DNA from: Synechococcus sp. A15-28
GTDB lineage: Bacteria > Cyanobacteriota > Cyanobacteriia > PCC-6307 > Cyanobiaceae
Direction: 5' to 3'
Assembly (NCBI RefSeq): GCF_014280175.1
Contig: NZ_CP047931.1
Coordinates: 420,001 to 452,000, forward strand
DNA: 32,000 nt
A program made the position numbers and the translations under genes. Shown here one piece after another: positions 18,769-29,910 of this stretch. Each line of letters opens with the position of its first letter. The stretch's first letter is position 1. The notes under the pieces were generated by a model, which had not been told where the DNA came from, did not search any database, and saw nothing but the letters and a program-made list of their open reading frames with translations.

Positions 18769-21666
18769 TCAGAGAGCGCCGTCGATGGGTGGGGTCAGGC
18801 CGGCATTGCCGCGGTAGAGGGCAGCCGTGCGCTGGATCGTGGCCTGGGCTTGGCCCTGGGGGCTGTCCATCCCCCCGATACGGGGAACGTCGTCACTGGA
18901 TTCCGCCAGTTTCAGCAGCTCTTCCACGGCCTTGGGTTGGCCGGATTCCGCCCGCACGATCAGGAACCGACTCACCTCAGCGGGACTGGCCGCACGACCG
19001 AGCAGAGCGAGGGCTGCTGCGGAGGCTGCCCGCAGCGGAGCCAGGGATGCGATCCGGTTCTGGAAGGCCTCGCCCATGGCGACGGCGGCCACAAAACCCG
19101 GCAATTCGATGTCCTGATTGCGCAGCCGTGATTCAGCACTCAGCAGGCGTTCGTTCTCCAGCGGAACCCGGTTGAGCAGCTGTCGGTAGGTCGCATCCAT
19201 CACCACCCGCAGCTCGCTTTCATCGCAGGGACGGTTCAGGGTGAGCTTTGCGGGCAAGCCGGCACGCAGCTTGAAGCCGTCGCTGCCCTGCAGGGTCAAA
19301 GCACCCGACATCGGCGTCAGGGCCGGGGGAACGGTGCTGCGGCTGCGGGAGGCCTTGCCTTGGATGGATTCGCCCAGGCGGATCTGCCGCAGGCTCTTGC
19401 CGAGGTCGGTGCCGCGGCTGAAGCTGCTGGCCATGGAGGTCCACCCTTCCGGGGCGCCCTGGGAGCGACCGGTGAGGTTGCGCCTGGTGACGCTTCCGCT
19501 GCTGCGGAATTCCTTCGACCCTTTCGGTTCGGGGCGACTGCCCAGCACGAAACCGGAGTTGTCGTAACCGAAGGTCGTGACCTCTTGTTTGAAAGTGGGG
19601 GTTCGGCGCACCGCCAGATCGCCAGGGGTGATGAACCGTTCGAAGGGAACGGTGTCCTCGCCGAAGCTCTCGTTGTATTCGCGGCTGTTGATCAGGGCAT
19701 CCACCACTCCGTAGAAACCCTTGCGGGCGGCGGTGTCGAACAGCGCATCGATCTCCCAGCGGCCGAAGGTGGGTCGTCCGAGCAGGCGACGGTGGATCAC
19801 CTCGATGGCTTTGGTGATATAGAGGCCACTCCAGTAACGGCGGCGGAAGGCGTCGGAACGGGCAACGGCGCGCACGAACTCCCGCAGGGAGATGTCGCCG
19901 TTTTCCAGCCGGGCTTCATCGGAGCCCATCCGTTCACCGGCGTAACCGGCATTGCCCAGCACCTGGACGTAAACGGCGTTGATCACCGCCTGAGTGCTGG
20001 ATTCGGTGTTGCGCACGCTGGGCTGACCGCCTCGCCGTGGGTTGACGTTGCCGCCGGTGGCGATCTGCTGCAGCCGCACGACCCGAGGTCCCACCTTGCG
20101 GGGACGGCTGCTGCGGAAGCTGGCGCTGTCCAGTTGTCCGGGGCTGTTGAGCCCGTTGCTCACCAGCAGGCGGCGGCTGTCGTAGCCGTAGGGAGCCGGG
20201 CGGGTCGCCACTGAGGCCGTTCCGCTGGGGAAGATGGCGCCGTACTGGTTGGCCACCGGATCGTTGCCACCGCCGTAGACGTGCTGATCGGCGAAGGGCT
20301 GGCGGTAGGAGGCGTAAAGGGTGACGTACTGGGGAGCGCCATCGAAGGGGGCGCTGAAGTTGAACAGCTTGCGGTTGGATCCCCAGCCGGCGCTTTCCTG
20401 CGCTTCGGTGCCGAGGTCCCGCAGGAACGGAACCGTTTCCTCGCCGAAGGTCTGGGCGTATTCGGCAGAGTTCACCAGCACATCCACCAGGCCGTTCAGG
20501 CCCTGGTCGCTGAGGATGGCGAAGGACTTGCGGAATTCCTCCAGGGAGCTGATGCCGCGACCGAGGAAATGGCGGTACGCCAGTTCCACCACGCGGCTAT
20601 TGACGAAACCATCGTGGAACTGCTGGCGGTATTCCTTGCTGCGGCCCAGGGCGCGGATGAATTCGCGCATGGAGATCTGGCCCTGCACCACCTGGCTGGC
20701 TTCCACCTGGCAAGGGGTCTGGGAGTAGCCCTTGGCGATGTCGCGTTCAAACACCTGGCGGTAGGCGCCGCGGATGATTTCCGCTTTTTCGGCCCCGGAG
20801 AGGCCAGGGCGCATCTCGAGCAACTGGCGACCTTCGGCGGCCAGCGCGTAGATCGCCGGCAGCTGCAGGCCCTGCTGCACGCTGCTGCCCTGGCGTTGCT
20901 TGGTGCTGGGGGTGGGAATGGCCAGCTCCTGGAGCAGCACGTTGAAGCAGTCGATCGTCAGCTGGCGGGCTTCCGGGCGATCCCGCAGCAGCTGGGCTGA
21001 AGCGGCACGCATCTCCTGCAACGCCACGTTGGTGGCCGTCAGAGAGCAGTTCTCAAGGAGGATGTCGCGAAGGCCGCGGGTGTTCACCGCCAGGATGCTG
21101 GGGTCACCGGCCACCAGGGCGTAGCCCACGTAGCGCAGGAACCAGCCCATGTCCCGCACGGACTTGCGCATGAAGGCGGGCCCGTATTTGGCCACGCTGA
21201 TGGCGTTGAAGCCGGTGGGCAGCACCACCCGCACATCGGCATCACCGCCAGCGCCTTCCAGCAGCCGGGTGAGGAAATTGCCGCGTTTGGTGTCGCCACT
21301 GCTGCCGGTGAACGTGCGTACCGATTGCTCGAACGCCACCTGGTCGGCGGCCAGGGGGGTGCCTTCCTGGCCGGTGGGACGGCCGGTCTCACCGGTGGTC
21401 AGCGGTGCTTCCAGGAACGACAGCGGAGTGCCGCCCACGAAAATGCGGTTGGCAGCGCGAGCCACGATGGCTTCGGCATTGGCCGCGATGATCCGCGAGG
21501 CCTCGATGCGGTCCTGACCGCTGCGGAAGAAATTGACCAGGTTCTCGAGCTCAACCCGCTCGGGAAAACGGTCCTGCTGCTCCGCCTGACGAACGCTGGA
21601 GAGCGGCAGCGTGTCGAAGAGCTGGGGAGACACGCGCGGGCTGCCGCTGCTGGCGGTCACTGTCAT
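18769..21666 (-). CDS. apcE: Phycobilisome core-membrane linker (Lcm) ApcE, about 965 aa (start at MTVTASSGSPRVSP, not the ORF-track start at 21804)
   Basis: Phycobilin lyase-like domain at the N-terminus plus repeated pfam00427-like linker segments (e.g. GRGISSLEEFRKSFAILSDQGLNGLVDVLVNSAEYAQTFGEETVPFLRDLG; GRPTFGRWEIDALFDTAARKGFYGVVDALINSREYNESFGEDTVPFERF). Confidence 0.95.
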   Translation of the reverse strand: MTVTASSGSPRVSPQLFDTLPLSSVRQAEQQDRFPERVELENLVNFFRSGQDRIEASRIIAANAEAIVARAANRIFVGGTPLSFLEAPLTTGETGRPTGQEGTPLAADQVAFEQSVRTFTGSSGDTKRGNFLTRLLEGAGGDADVRVVLPTGFNAISVAKYGPAFMRKSVRDMGWFLRYVGYALVAGDPSILAVNTRGLRDILLENCSLTATNVALQEMRAASAQLLRDRPEARQLTIDCFNVLLQELAIPTPSTKQRQGSSVQQGLQLPAIYALAAEGRQLLEMRPGLSGAEKAEIIRGAYRQVFERDIAKGYSQTPCQVEASQVVQGQISMREFIRALGRSKEYRQQFHDGFVNSRVVELAYRHFLGRGISSLEEFRKSFAILSDQGLNGLVDVLVNSAEYAQTFGEETVPFLRDLGTEAQESAGWGSNRKLFNFSAPFDGAPQYVTLYASYRQPFADQHVYGGGNDPVANQYGAIFPSGTASVATRPAPYGYDSRRLLVSNGLNSPGQLDSASFRSSRPRKVGPRVVRLQQIATGGNVNPRRGGQPSVRNTESSTQAVINAVYVQVLGNAGYAGERMGSDEARLENGDISLREFVRAVARSDAFRRRYWSGLYITKAIEVIHRRLLGRPTFGRWEIDALFDTAARKGFYGVVDALINSREYNESFGEDTVPFERFITPGDLAVRRTPTFKQEVTTFGYDNSGFVLGSRPEPKGSKEFRSSGSVTRRNLTGRSQGAPEGWTSMASSFSRGTDLGKSLRQIRLGESIQGKASRSRSTVPPALTPMSGALTLQGSDGFKLRAGLPAKLTLNRPCDESELRVVMDATYRQLLNRVPLENERLLSAESRLRNQDIELPGFVAAVAMGEAFQNRIASLAPLRAASAAALALLGRAASPAEVSRFLIVRAESGQPKAVEELLKLAESSDDVPRIGGMDSPQGQAQATIQRTAALYRGNAGLTPPIDGAL

Positions 21667-21772
21667 CGACGGATGCAAGCCGGATCGCGCCACGTTACGG
21701 CTGCCGGGATGAAGCCCAGCCGACCTATGAACAAAAGTTGTGAAAAGCTCGGCTTCACTCGATTTCTCCTGC

Positions 21773-22942
21773 ATGGCAGACCCTGGGATCAGGGACGCCG
21801 CCACTCCGGTGGTCAGCGCCTTCTACGACCGTTTTCCCTTTCCTGGCGATCCGTTGCAGGACGGCCCACCGCCTGGATACAACTGGCGTTGGTGCCACCA
21901 GAGCGTCCTCGCCGCCGTCCATGGGGTGCTGCCGGCGGGGTCGGAGCGGCCTCGCATCCTGGACGCTGGCTGCGGCACCGGGGTCAGCACCGATTACCTC
22001 TGCCATCTCAACCCGGGTGCCGACGTTCTGGGGATCGACATCAGCGCAGGGGCCCTGGCGGTGGCCCGGGAGCGTCTGCAGCGCTCCGGAGCAGCCGCCC
22101 AGGTGAGATCGCTGCGTCAGGAGCAGCGCAGCCTGCTGGATCTGGAAAGCGAAGGCCCGTTCGACTACATCAACTCTGTTGGCGTGCTGCACCATCTGGA
22201 TCAGCCGGAGTCGGGGCTGCGTTCCCTGGCTGGGTGTCTTGCTCCCGATGGCCTTCTCCATCTCTTCTTTTATGCCGATGCCGGCCGCTGGGAGATTCAT
22301 CGCACCCAGCAGGCCCTGACCCTGCTTGAGGTCGGTACCGGAAGCGACGGCCTGCGCCTCGGCCGGGAGCTGCTGGAGTCGCTGCCGGAGGGCAACCGTC
22401 TGGCGCGCCACCATCGCGAGCGCTGGGCGGTGGACTGCGCCGCTGATGCCAATTTCGCCGACATGTACCTGCATCCGCAGGAGACCAGCTACAACCTGGA
22501 CCGCCTGTTCGGCTTCATCGAGACGGCGGACCTGCACTTCGCCGGCTTCTCCAATCCGGAGATCTGGGATCCGGCTCGCCTGCTGCAGGGAGAGCTGCTG
22601 GAACGGGCCCGGGCCCTGCCGCAGCGGCAGCAATGGTTGCTGGTGGAACAGCTCGATCCAGACATCAGCCACTTCGAATTCTTCCTTTCGGCTGCCCCTG
22701 TTGCGGCTATGCCGCTCACTGATGAGGCTTTGAGGGCTGCCCATGGACTGCGCCAACCCTGTCTCTGGGGGGAGCCGGATCCGATCCTGGATCGCAACAT
22801 GCAGCCGCTGCAGCTGAGCGATGCGGAGCGACAGCTGCTGCGCAGCGTCCACGATCAATCGGACACTCCGCTGGGGGGGCTAGCGGAGCCAGCGGTGATC
22901 CGAGATCTCGCAGCCCGTCAACTGCTGCTGCTGAAGGCTTAG
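21773..22942 (+). CDS. Class I SAM-dependent methyltransferase
   Basis: RILDAGCGTGVSTDYLCHLNPGADVLGIDISAGALAVARERL ... FDYINSVGVLHHLDQPESGLRSLAGCLAPDGLLHLFFYA. Confidence 0.9.
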   Translation: MADPGIRDAATPVVSAFYDRFPFPGDPLQDGPPPGYNWRWCHQSVLAAVHGVLPAGSERPRILDAGCGTGVSTDYLCHLNPGADVLGIDISAGALAVARERLQRSGAAAQVRSLRQEQRSLLDLESEGPFDYINSVGVLHHLDQPESGLRSLAGCLAPDGLLHLFFYADAGRWEIHRTQQALTLLEVGTGSDGLRLGRELLESLPEGNRLARHHRERWAVDCAADANFADMYLHPQETSYNLDRLFGFIETADLHFAGFSNPEIWDPARLLQGELLERARALPQRQQWLLVEQLDPDISHFEFFLSAAPVAAMPLTDEALRAAHGLRQPCLWGEPDPILDRNMQPLQLSDAERQLLRSVHDQSDTPLGGLAEPAVIRDLAARQLLLLKA

Positions 22943-22955
22943 CGCACGAAAACGC

Positions 22956-23327
22956 GTGATAGATTTCGCGCGCCATTTCAGGCAGCGCTTGGAGGATTTC
23001 TACCGTCTTCAGCGTCGTCTGCTGCTGGCCACCGTCCTGGTGTCCCTGGTCACGGTTCCGATCGTGGCTTTCACCATGAATCTCTCGGTGGCCGGCAGTG
23101 TGCTCGTGGGTGCGTGCGCCGGACTTCTGTACGTGCGTCTGCTTGCCCGCAGCGTGGCTCGGCTCAGTGACCAGTCCCGTGGACTGGGGCGTTTTCAGCT
23201 CATCGTTCCGACCTTGCTTGTGGTTGGTTCGGCCAAGCTGCCCCAGCTCGATCTGCTGCCGGCTTTCCTGGGATTCCTTCTTTACAAGCCCGCCCTGATT
23301 CTTCAGCACGTCTTCGACGACCGCTGA
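22956..23327 (+). CDS. atp1: ATP synthase-associated protein Atp1/AtpI-like, GTG start
   Basis: 123 aa hydrophobic protein directly upstream of the F0 a subunit gene, position and topology as in other cyanobacterial atp operons. Confidence 0.75.
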   Translation: MIDFARHFRQRLEDFYRLQRRLLLATVLVSLVTVPIVAFTMNLSVAGSVLVGACAGLLYVRLLARSVARLSDQSRGLGRFQLIVPTLLVVGSAKLPQLDLLPAFLGFLLYKPALILQHVFDDR

Positions 23328-23351
23328 AGCTGAGCACTCCTCTCTGCACCC

Positions 23352-24077
23352 ATGGCTTTGCTGCCCTTTCCACTCCCGTTCGCTGAACTGGAAGTGGGCC
23401 ACCACCTGTACTGGCAGATCGGCGATCTGTACCTCCATGGCCAGGTCTTCCTGAGCTCCTGGATCCTGATCGGAATCCTGCTGGCGCTTGTTCTGGCTGG
23501 CACCCGCAACATGCAGCGCGACCCCCTGGGTCTGCAGAACCTGCTGGAGTTCCTCTGGAACTTCATTCGCGACATCGCCCGCGACAACATCGGCGAGAAG
23601 TACTACCGCGACTGGCTGCCGTTCATCGGCACCCTGTTCCTGTTCATCTTCGTCAGCAACTGGGGTGGCGCGCTGATCCCTTGGAAGATCATCGAGCTGC
23701 CCGAAGGTGAGCTCGGCGCTCCCACCGCCGACATCAACACCACCGTGGCCATGGCCCTGCTGGTGTCACTGGCTTATTTCTATGCCGGTCTGAGCCGAAA
23801 GGGCCTCCGCTTTTTCGAGCTGTACGTGGAGCCGACCCCGATCATGCTCCCGTTCAAGATCATCGAGGAATTCACAAAGCCTCTCTCCCTGTCTTTCCGT
23901 CTGTTCGGAAACATCCTTGCCGACGAATTGGCCGTGGGAGTTCTGGTGTACCTCGTTCCTCTGCTGGTGCCCCTGCCGGTGATGCTTCTCGGCTTGTTCA
24001 CCAGTGCGATTCAGGCTCTGATCTTCGCGACTCTCACCGCCTTCTACATCGGTGAAGGTCTGCACGAGGCGCACTAA
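23352..24077 (+). CDS. atpB: F0F1 ATP synthase subunit a (RefSeq atpB; plastid-style atpI)
   Basis: [94 protein letters not shown]. Confidence 0.97.
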   Translation: MALLPFPLPFAELEVGHHLYWQIGDLYLHGQVFLSSWILIGILLALVLAGTRNMQRDPLGLQNLLEFLWNFIRDIARDNIGEKYYRDWLPFIGTLFLFIFVSNWGGALIPWKIIELPEGELGAPTADINTTVAMALLVSLAYFYAGLSRKGLRFFELYVEPTPIMLPFKIIEEFTKPLSLSFRLFGNILADELAVGVLVYLVPLLVPLPVMLLGLFTSAIQALIFATLTAFYIGEGLHEAH

Positions 24078-24104
24078 TTGCTCCGAATGCCTTTCGCCAT
24101 TTGA

Positions 24105-24494
<390 letters not shown>

Positions 24495-24501
24495 TCAGGG
24501 C

Positions 24502-24521
24502 GGGGGAGTCTTCACTCCCCC
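24502..24521 (+). promoter_or_regulatory. Hairpin just after the subunit c stop codon (GGGGGAGT-CTTC-ACTCCCCC)
   Basis: Perfect 8 bp stem with 4 nt loop; no following T-run, so it reads as an intercistronic hairpin, not a full terminator. Confidence 0.6.
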
Positions 24522-24563
24522 CTCTGAACCTCTTGTTTCGATCCCTTTCCAGCGCACCCTTCC

Positions 24564-25028
24564 ATGACCTGGCTTCTGCTCGCTGAAGCAGGTGTTCCGG
24601 AGGGAGGTCTCTTCGACCTCGATGCCACCCTTCCGCTGATGGCGGTTCAGGTGGTTCTCCTCACCTTCCTGCTCAATGTCCTCTTCTTCCGTCCGGTCGG
24701 CAAGGTCGTGGAAGACCGTGAGGGCTACATCTCCACCAGTCGCGCCGATGCCAAGCAGAAGCTTGCCCAGGTGGAGCAGCTTGAAGCCGATCTGGCTGAA
24801 CAGCTGAAAGGTGCTCGTCAGGCCGCTCAGGCCGTAATTAGCGAGGCCGAACAAGAGGATGATCGTCTGTACCGCGAAGCCTTGGCCGCGGCGGAAGCCG
24901 AAGCCAACCGCAGCAAAGACGAGAGCCGTCGCGCCATCGAAGCCGAGCGTGAATCCGCCCGCACCCAACTTCAGGGTCAGGTGGATCAGCTCAGCACCAC
25001 CATCATCAACCGACTGCTGGCTGCGTGA
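24564..25028 (+). CDS. F0F1 ATP synthase subunit b' (plastid-style atpG)
   Basis: 154 aa, N-terminal membrane anchor and [52 protein letters not shown] coiled region; position before b. Confidence 0.95.
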   Translation: MTWLLLAEAGVPEGGLFDLDATLPLMAVQVVLLTFLLNVLFFRPVGKVVEDREGYISTSRADAKQKLAQVEQLEADLAEQLKGARQAAQAVISEAEQEDDRLYREALAAAEAEANRSKDESRRAIEAERESARTQLQGQVDQLSTTIINRLLAA

Positions 25029-25510
25029 TGACTCTGAATTTCAATCCCCTGGAGACCAATCTGGTCAACCTGGCCATCGTCATCGGCGTTCTGGTCTGGT
25101 TCCTGCGTGGTTTCCTCGGCGGCATCCTTGACCGTCGCCGCCAGGCCATCCTTCAGGAGCTTCAGGACGCCGAAGCGCGCCTGAAGACCGCCACCGAAGA
25201 GCTCAGCAAGGCCCAGTCGGATCTGGCTGCTGCCCAGCAGAAAGCCGACAAGATCCGTGTGGATGGAGAGGCCCGCGCGGCTGCCATCCGCAGTGATGGC
25301 GAACAGCGCACCATCGCTGCCATGGCTGCTGTCAAGCAGGGTGCAGCTGCTGATGCTGATGCCGAAGCAGCTCGTATTAAAGACACCCTTCGTCGTGAAG
25401 CTGCCCTGGCAGCCATCGACAAGGTGCTCAACGATCTGCCCTCCCGACTCGACGACCAAGCCCAGTCGAATCTGATCGACTCCACCATCAAAAATCTGGA
25501 GAACGCCTGA
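25028..25510 (+). CDS. atpF: F0F1 ATP synthase subunit b (ATG at 25028, overlapping the b' stop)
   Basis: NPLETNLVNLAIVIGVLVWFLRGFLGGILDRRRQAILQELQDAEARLKTATEELSKAQSDLAAAQQKADKIR. Confidence 0.96.
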   Translation: MTLNFNPLETNLVNLAIVIGVLVWFLRGFLGGILDRRRQAILQELQDAEARLKTATEELSKAQSDLAAAQQKADKIRVDGEARAAAIRSDGEQRTIAAMAAVKQGAAADADAEAARIKDTLRREAALAAIDKVLNDLPSRLDDQAQSNLIDSTIKNLENA

Positions 25511-26058
25511 TGCCTCTCCTGAATTCCCTCGCCACCCCCTACGCCGAAGCGCTGCTTCAGGTCACCGAGGCCCGTGGTGAATCCCAGGCGGTCGCCGACC
25601 AGTGCAAGCAACTGCTTGAAATCTGGGAGAGCTCCGCTGATTTCCGCGACGCCATGGTGTCTCCGGTCCTGGAGCCGGATGCCAAGAAAAAAGCTCTTCA
25701 GAGCCTGGTTGGCGAACAGGTAACTGAGTCACTGCTCAATCTGCTGAAGGTTCTTGCTGATCGCCAGCGCCTGTTGGCCTTTGATGCGGTGCTGCTCCGT
25801 TATCTGGAGCTCTACCGCGAGCAGCAGGGCATCACCCTGGCTGAAGTCCGCTCTGCCCAGACCCTCACCGAGGATCAGCAGGCGGCTCTCTCCAAGAAGG
25901 TGCAGGCGATGGCCGGCACCAACAAGGTCGACATTGACCTCAGTGTTGATCCCTCACTCATCGGCGGTTTCGTCGTGAGTCTCGGATCCCAGGTGATCGA
26001 CGCCAGCCTGGCTGGCCAGGTTCGTCGCCTCGGTCTGGCGCTCGCCAAAGCGAGCTGA
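25510..26058 (+). CDS. atpH: F0F1 ATP synthase subunit delta (RefSeq atpH; plastid-style atpD)
   Basis: LATPYAEALLQVTEARGE...LEIWESSADFRDAMVSPVLEPDAKKKALQSLVG...GGFVVSLGSQVIDASLAGQVRRLGLAL. Confidence 0.96.
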   Translation: MPLLNSLATPYAEALLQVTEARGESQAVADQCKQLLEIWESSADFRDAMVSPVLEPDAKKKALQSLVGEQVTESLLNLLKVLADRQRLLAFDAVLLRYLELYREQQGITLAEVRSAQTLTEDQQAALSKKVQAMAGTNKVDIDLSVDPSLIGGFVVSLGSQVIDASLAGQVRRLGLALAKAS

Positions 26059-27636
<1,578 letters not shown>

Positions 27637-27649
27637 GGGAGGAGCCGAC

Positions 27650-28600
27650 ATGGCGAATCTCAAGGAAATCCGAGACCGAATTAAGTCGGTCAAGAACACC
27701 CGCAAGATCACCGAGGCCATGCGTCTCGTGGCTGCAGCCAAAGTGCGTCGCGCCCAGGAGCAGGTGCTCCGCAGCCGTCCCTTCGCGGACCGGTTGGCGC
27801 GGATCCTGGAAAACCTCCAGTCCCGCATGCGCTTTGAAGATGCCTCCTCACCGCTGATGGAACAGCGCGATGTGGAGACCATGACCCTGGTGTCCGTCAC
27901 CGGTGATCGCGGGTTGTGTGGTGGCTACAACGCCAACATCATCAAGCGCACGGAACAGCGTTTCGCTGAGCTCACCGGCAAGGGCTTCAAGGTGAAGCTC
28001 GTGCTGATCGGCAACAAGGCCATCGGCTACTTCACCAAGCGTGATTACCCGGTGCAGGCCACCTTCTCCGGTCTGGAGCAGGTCCCCACCGCCGATGAAG
28101 CCAACACCATCTCCACCGATGTACTGGCCGAGTTCATGGGCGCCGGCACCGATCGCGTCGAGCTGATCTTCACCAAGTTCATCAACCTGGTGAGCTGCAA
28201 GCCGGTCGTGCAGACCCTGCTGCCCCTGGACCCCCAGGACATTGCCGATCCCGAAGATGAGATCTTCCGACTCACCACCAAGGACGGTCGTGTGACCGTG
28301 GAACCCGGTGCCGGCGCTGCCAACACCGAACCCAAGATCGCTTCGGACATCGTGTTCGAGCAGACCCCGGACCAGCTGCTGAATGCTCTGCTTCCGCTCT
28401 ATCTGCAGAACCAGATGCTGCGTTCATTGCAGGAATCTGCGGCCTCTGAACTGGCCAGCCGGATGACCGCCATGAACAACGCAAGCGACAACGCCAAGGA
28501 GTTGGCCAAAACCCTGACCCTTGACTACAACAAGGCCCGCCAGGCCGCCATTACCCAGGAAATCCTGGAAGTGGCTGGTGGTGCAGCCGCTGTGGGTTGA
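27650..28600 (+). CDS. atpC: F0F1 ATP synthase subunit gamma (atpG/atpC)
   Basis: [36 protein letters not shown]..., [37 protein letters not shown]...[20 protein letters not shown]. Confidence 0.98.
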   Translation: MANLKEIRDRIKSVKNTRKITEAMRLVAAAKVRRAQEQVLRSRPFADRLARILENLQSRMRFEDASSPLMEQRDVETMTLVSVTGDRGLCGGYNANIIKRTEQRFAELTGKGFKVKLVLIGNKAIGYFTKRDYPVQATFSGLEQVPTADEANTISTDVLAEFMGAGTDRVELIFTKFINLVSCKPVVQTLLPLDPQDIADPEDEIFRLTTKDGRVTVEPGAGAANTEPKIASDIVFEQTPDQLLNALLPLYLQNQMLRSLQESAASELASRMTAMNNASDNAKELAKTLTLDYNKARQAAITQEILEVAGGAAAVG

Positions 28601-28620
28601 TCGTCGGTTCAAGTCAATCC

Positions 28621-28648
28621 AAGCCGGCCCTCATGGGTCGGCTTTTTT
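28621..28648 (+). terminator. Intrinsic terminator at the end of the atp operon
   Basis: AAGCCGGCCC-TCAT-GGGTCGGCTT-TTTT; 10 bp stem with one G-T wobble, 4 nt loop, T-run. Confidence 0.85.
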
Positions 28649-28657
28649 AATGGAGCG

Positions 28658-29365
28658 ATGGCCCTCCAGCTCAATTCGCTCTTCCCGACCGTTGTCGCCA
28701 CGGCCCAGCTGACACTGGATCCGCTGGAGCTGGCAGCACAGCTGCAGACCCTGCTGGCGCTGAGGGGGGCAGCCACGGGTAACCCAAGCCCCGGTTGTGC
28801 CTGGACCGGTGACCTCAATGGTGTGTGGCAGTTGCATCGTCATCCCGATTTCCTGCGTTCGACTGATCTTGTGGTGGAGCAGGCCTGGGACTATCTGGCT
28901 GCGGTGGGTTTTGACCGTTCCCAGGTGGCCTTGCACCTGCAACGTTGCTGGCCTGTCCTCAGCGACTGGGATCAAGCAGTCGGACGCCATCACCACCCCA
29001 ATGCCCATCTCAGTGCCGTGCTGTATCTGACTGGGTCTGGTTCCTGTGAGGAGGGCGTGCTGCGTCTTCATGCCCCTGTCCAACCGAATGAGTTGGTGCC
29101 TGGTCTTGCGGCCGGCCACGGCGGTCCGATCGCGGCTGAGCATCCTTTCAACCTGTCCCACTGGGATATTGCACCCCATCCGGGGCTGCTGGTGTTATTC
29201 CCCTCTCGCTTGGACCACAGCGTGCTGGTCAATGGCGATCCGGAGCTTCTCCGCTGCTCGATCAGTTTCGACTTTGCCCTGACGGCCCCTGCCGATGGCC
29301 AGCCTCCGGAGTACTTAGCGCCCCACCCCACAGTCTGGACGCCCCAGTCAGCGAGGGTCAACTGA
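28658..29365 (+). CDS. Putative 2OG-Fe(II) oxygenase family protein
   Basis: HHHPNAHLSAVLYLTGSGSCEEGVLRLHAP...GLLVLFPSRLDHSVLVNGD...RCSISFDFAL resembles the TIGR02466-type double-stranded beta-helix pattern. Confidence 0.65.
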   Translation: MALQLNSLFPTVVATAQLTLDPLELAAQLQTLLALRGAATGNPSPGCAWTGDLNGVWQLHRHPDFLRSTDLVVEQAWDYLAAVGFDRSQVALHLQRCWPVLSDWDQAVGRHHHPNAHLSAVLYLTGSGSCEEGVLRLHAPVQPNELVPGLAAGHGGPIAAEHPFNLSHWDIAPHPGLLVLFPSRLDHSVLVNGDPELLRCSISFDFALTAPADGQPPEYLAPHPTVWTPQSARVN

Positions 29366-29398
29366 GAGAATGCCAGCCCAATCCAGCTGAGTCCCGGA

Positions 29399-29728
29399 AT
29401 GTCCGAGGTGGCCACCTACACCGTCCACGCTGAGTTCGAGGGCACCACGCACAGTTTCAGCTGCCGTGAGGATCAAACCGTCCTGAATGCCGCAGAAGCA
29501 GCCGGCATCCCCCTGCCCAGCTCCTGCTGCTCCGGTGTCTGCACAACGTGTGCCGCTGTGGTCACGGAGGGACGTGTCGAGCAACCCGATGCAATGGGAG
29601 TGAAGGGGGAACTGCAGGAGCAGGGTTACAGCCTGCTGTGTGTGGCTTTTCCCCGGGCTGATTTGACCTTGAAGGCCGGCCAGGAAGACGCTCTCTATGA
29701 AGCCCAGTTCGGCCAATATCAGAAATGA
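29399..29728 (+). CDS. 2Fe-2S ferredoxin
   Basis: PLPSSCCSGVCTTCAAVVTEGRVEQ...YSLLCVAFPRADLTLKAGQEDALY; plant-type CX4CX2C...C ligands. Confidence 0.93.
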   Translation: MSEVATYTVHAEFEGTTHSFSCREDQTVLNAAEAAGIPLPSSCCSGVCTTCAAVVTEGRVEQPDAMGVKGELQEQGYSLLCVAFPRADLTLKAGQEDALYEAQFGQYQK

Positions 29729-29910
29729 GGCTGCGGCGTCTGGAACAGCAGTTGCCCTGGCCACAGACCATCCCCCCGCAGCAGTTGCGCCGTTGGGTGA
29801 TGCAACAGTTGGCTCCGCAAGCTCCTCTTTTGCGTTGGGCCATTACAGCGGTGACAGTCGACTCCAGCGGTGATCGCTGTTTGCAGGTGGAAGCGGTCGT
29901 TGAAGGATGA
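29725..29910 (+). CDS. Small hypothetical protein (61 aa) overlapping both neighbours
   Basis: Starts in an ATGA overlap with the ferredoxin stop and ends in an ATGA overlap with the next start. Confidence 0.6.
   Translation: MRLRRLEQQLPWPQTIPPQQLRRWVMQQLAPQAPLLRWAITAVTVDSSGDRCLQVEAVVEG

Noticed and set aside
19360-21000. Long plus-strand ORFs opposite apcE (284 aa and 239 aa)
   Set aside because: Shadow frames of the repetitive linker gene.
28604-28620. GGTTCAAGTCAATCC resembling a tRNA T-arm
   Set aside because: No acceptor, D or anticodon stem can be placed around it; it is the lead-in to the atp terminator.
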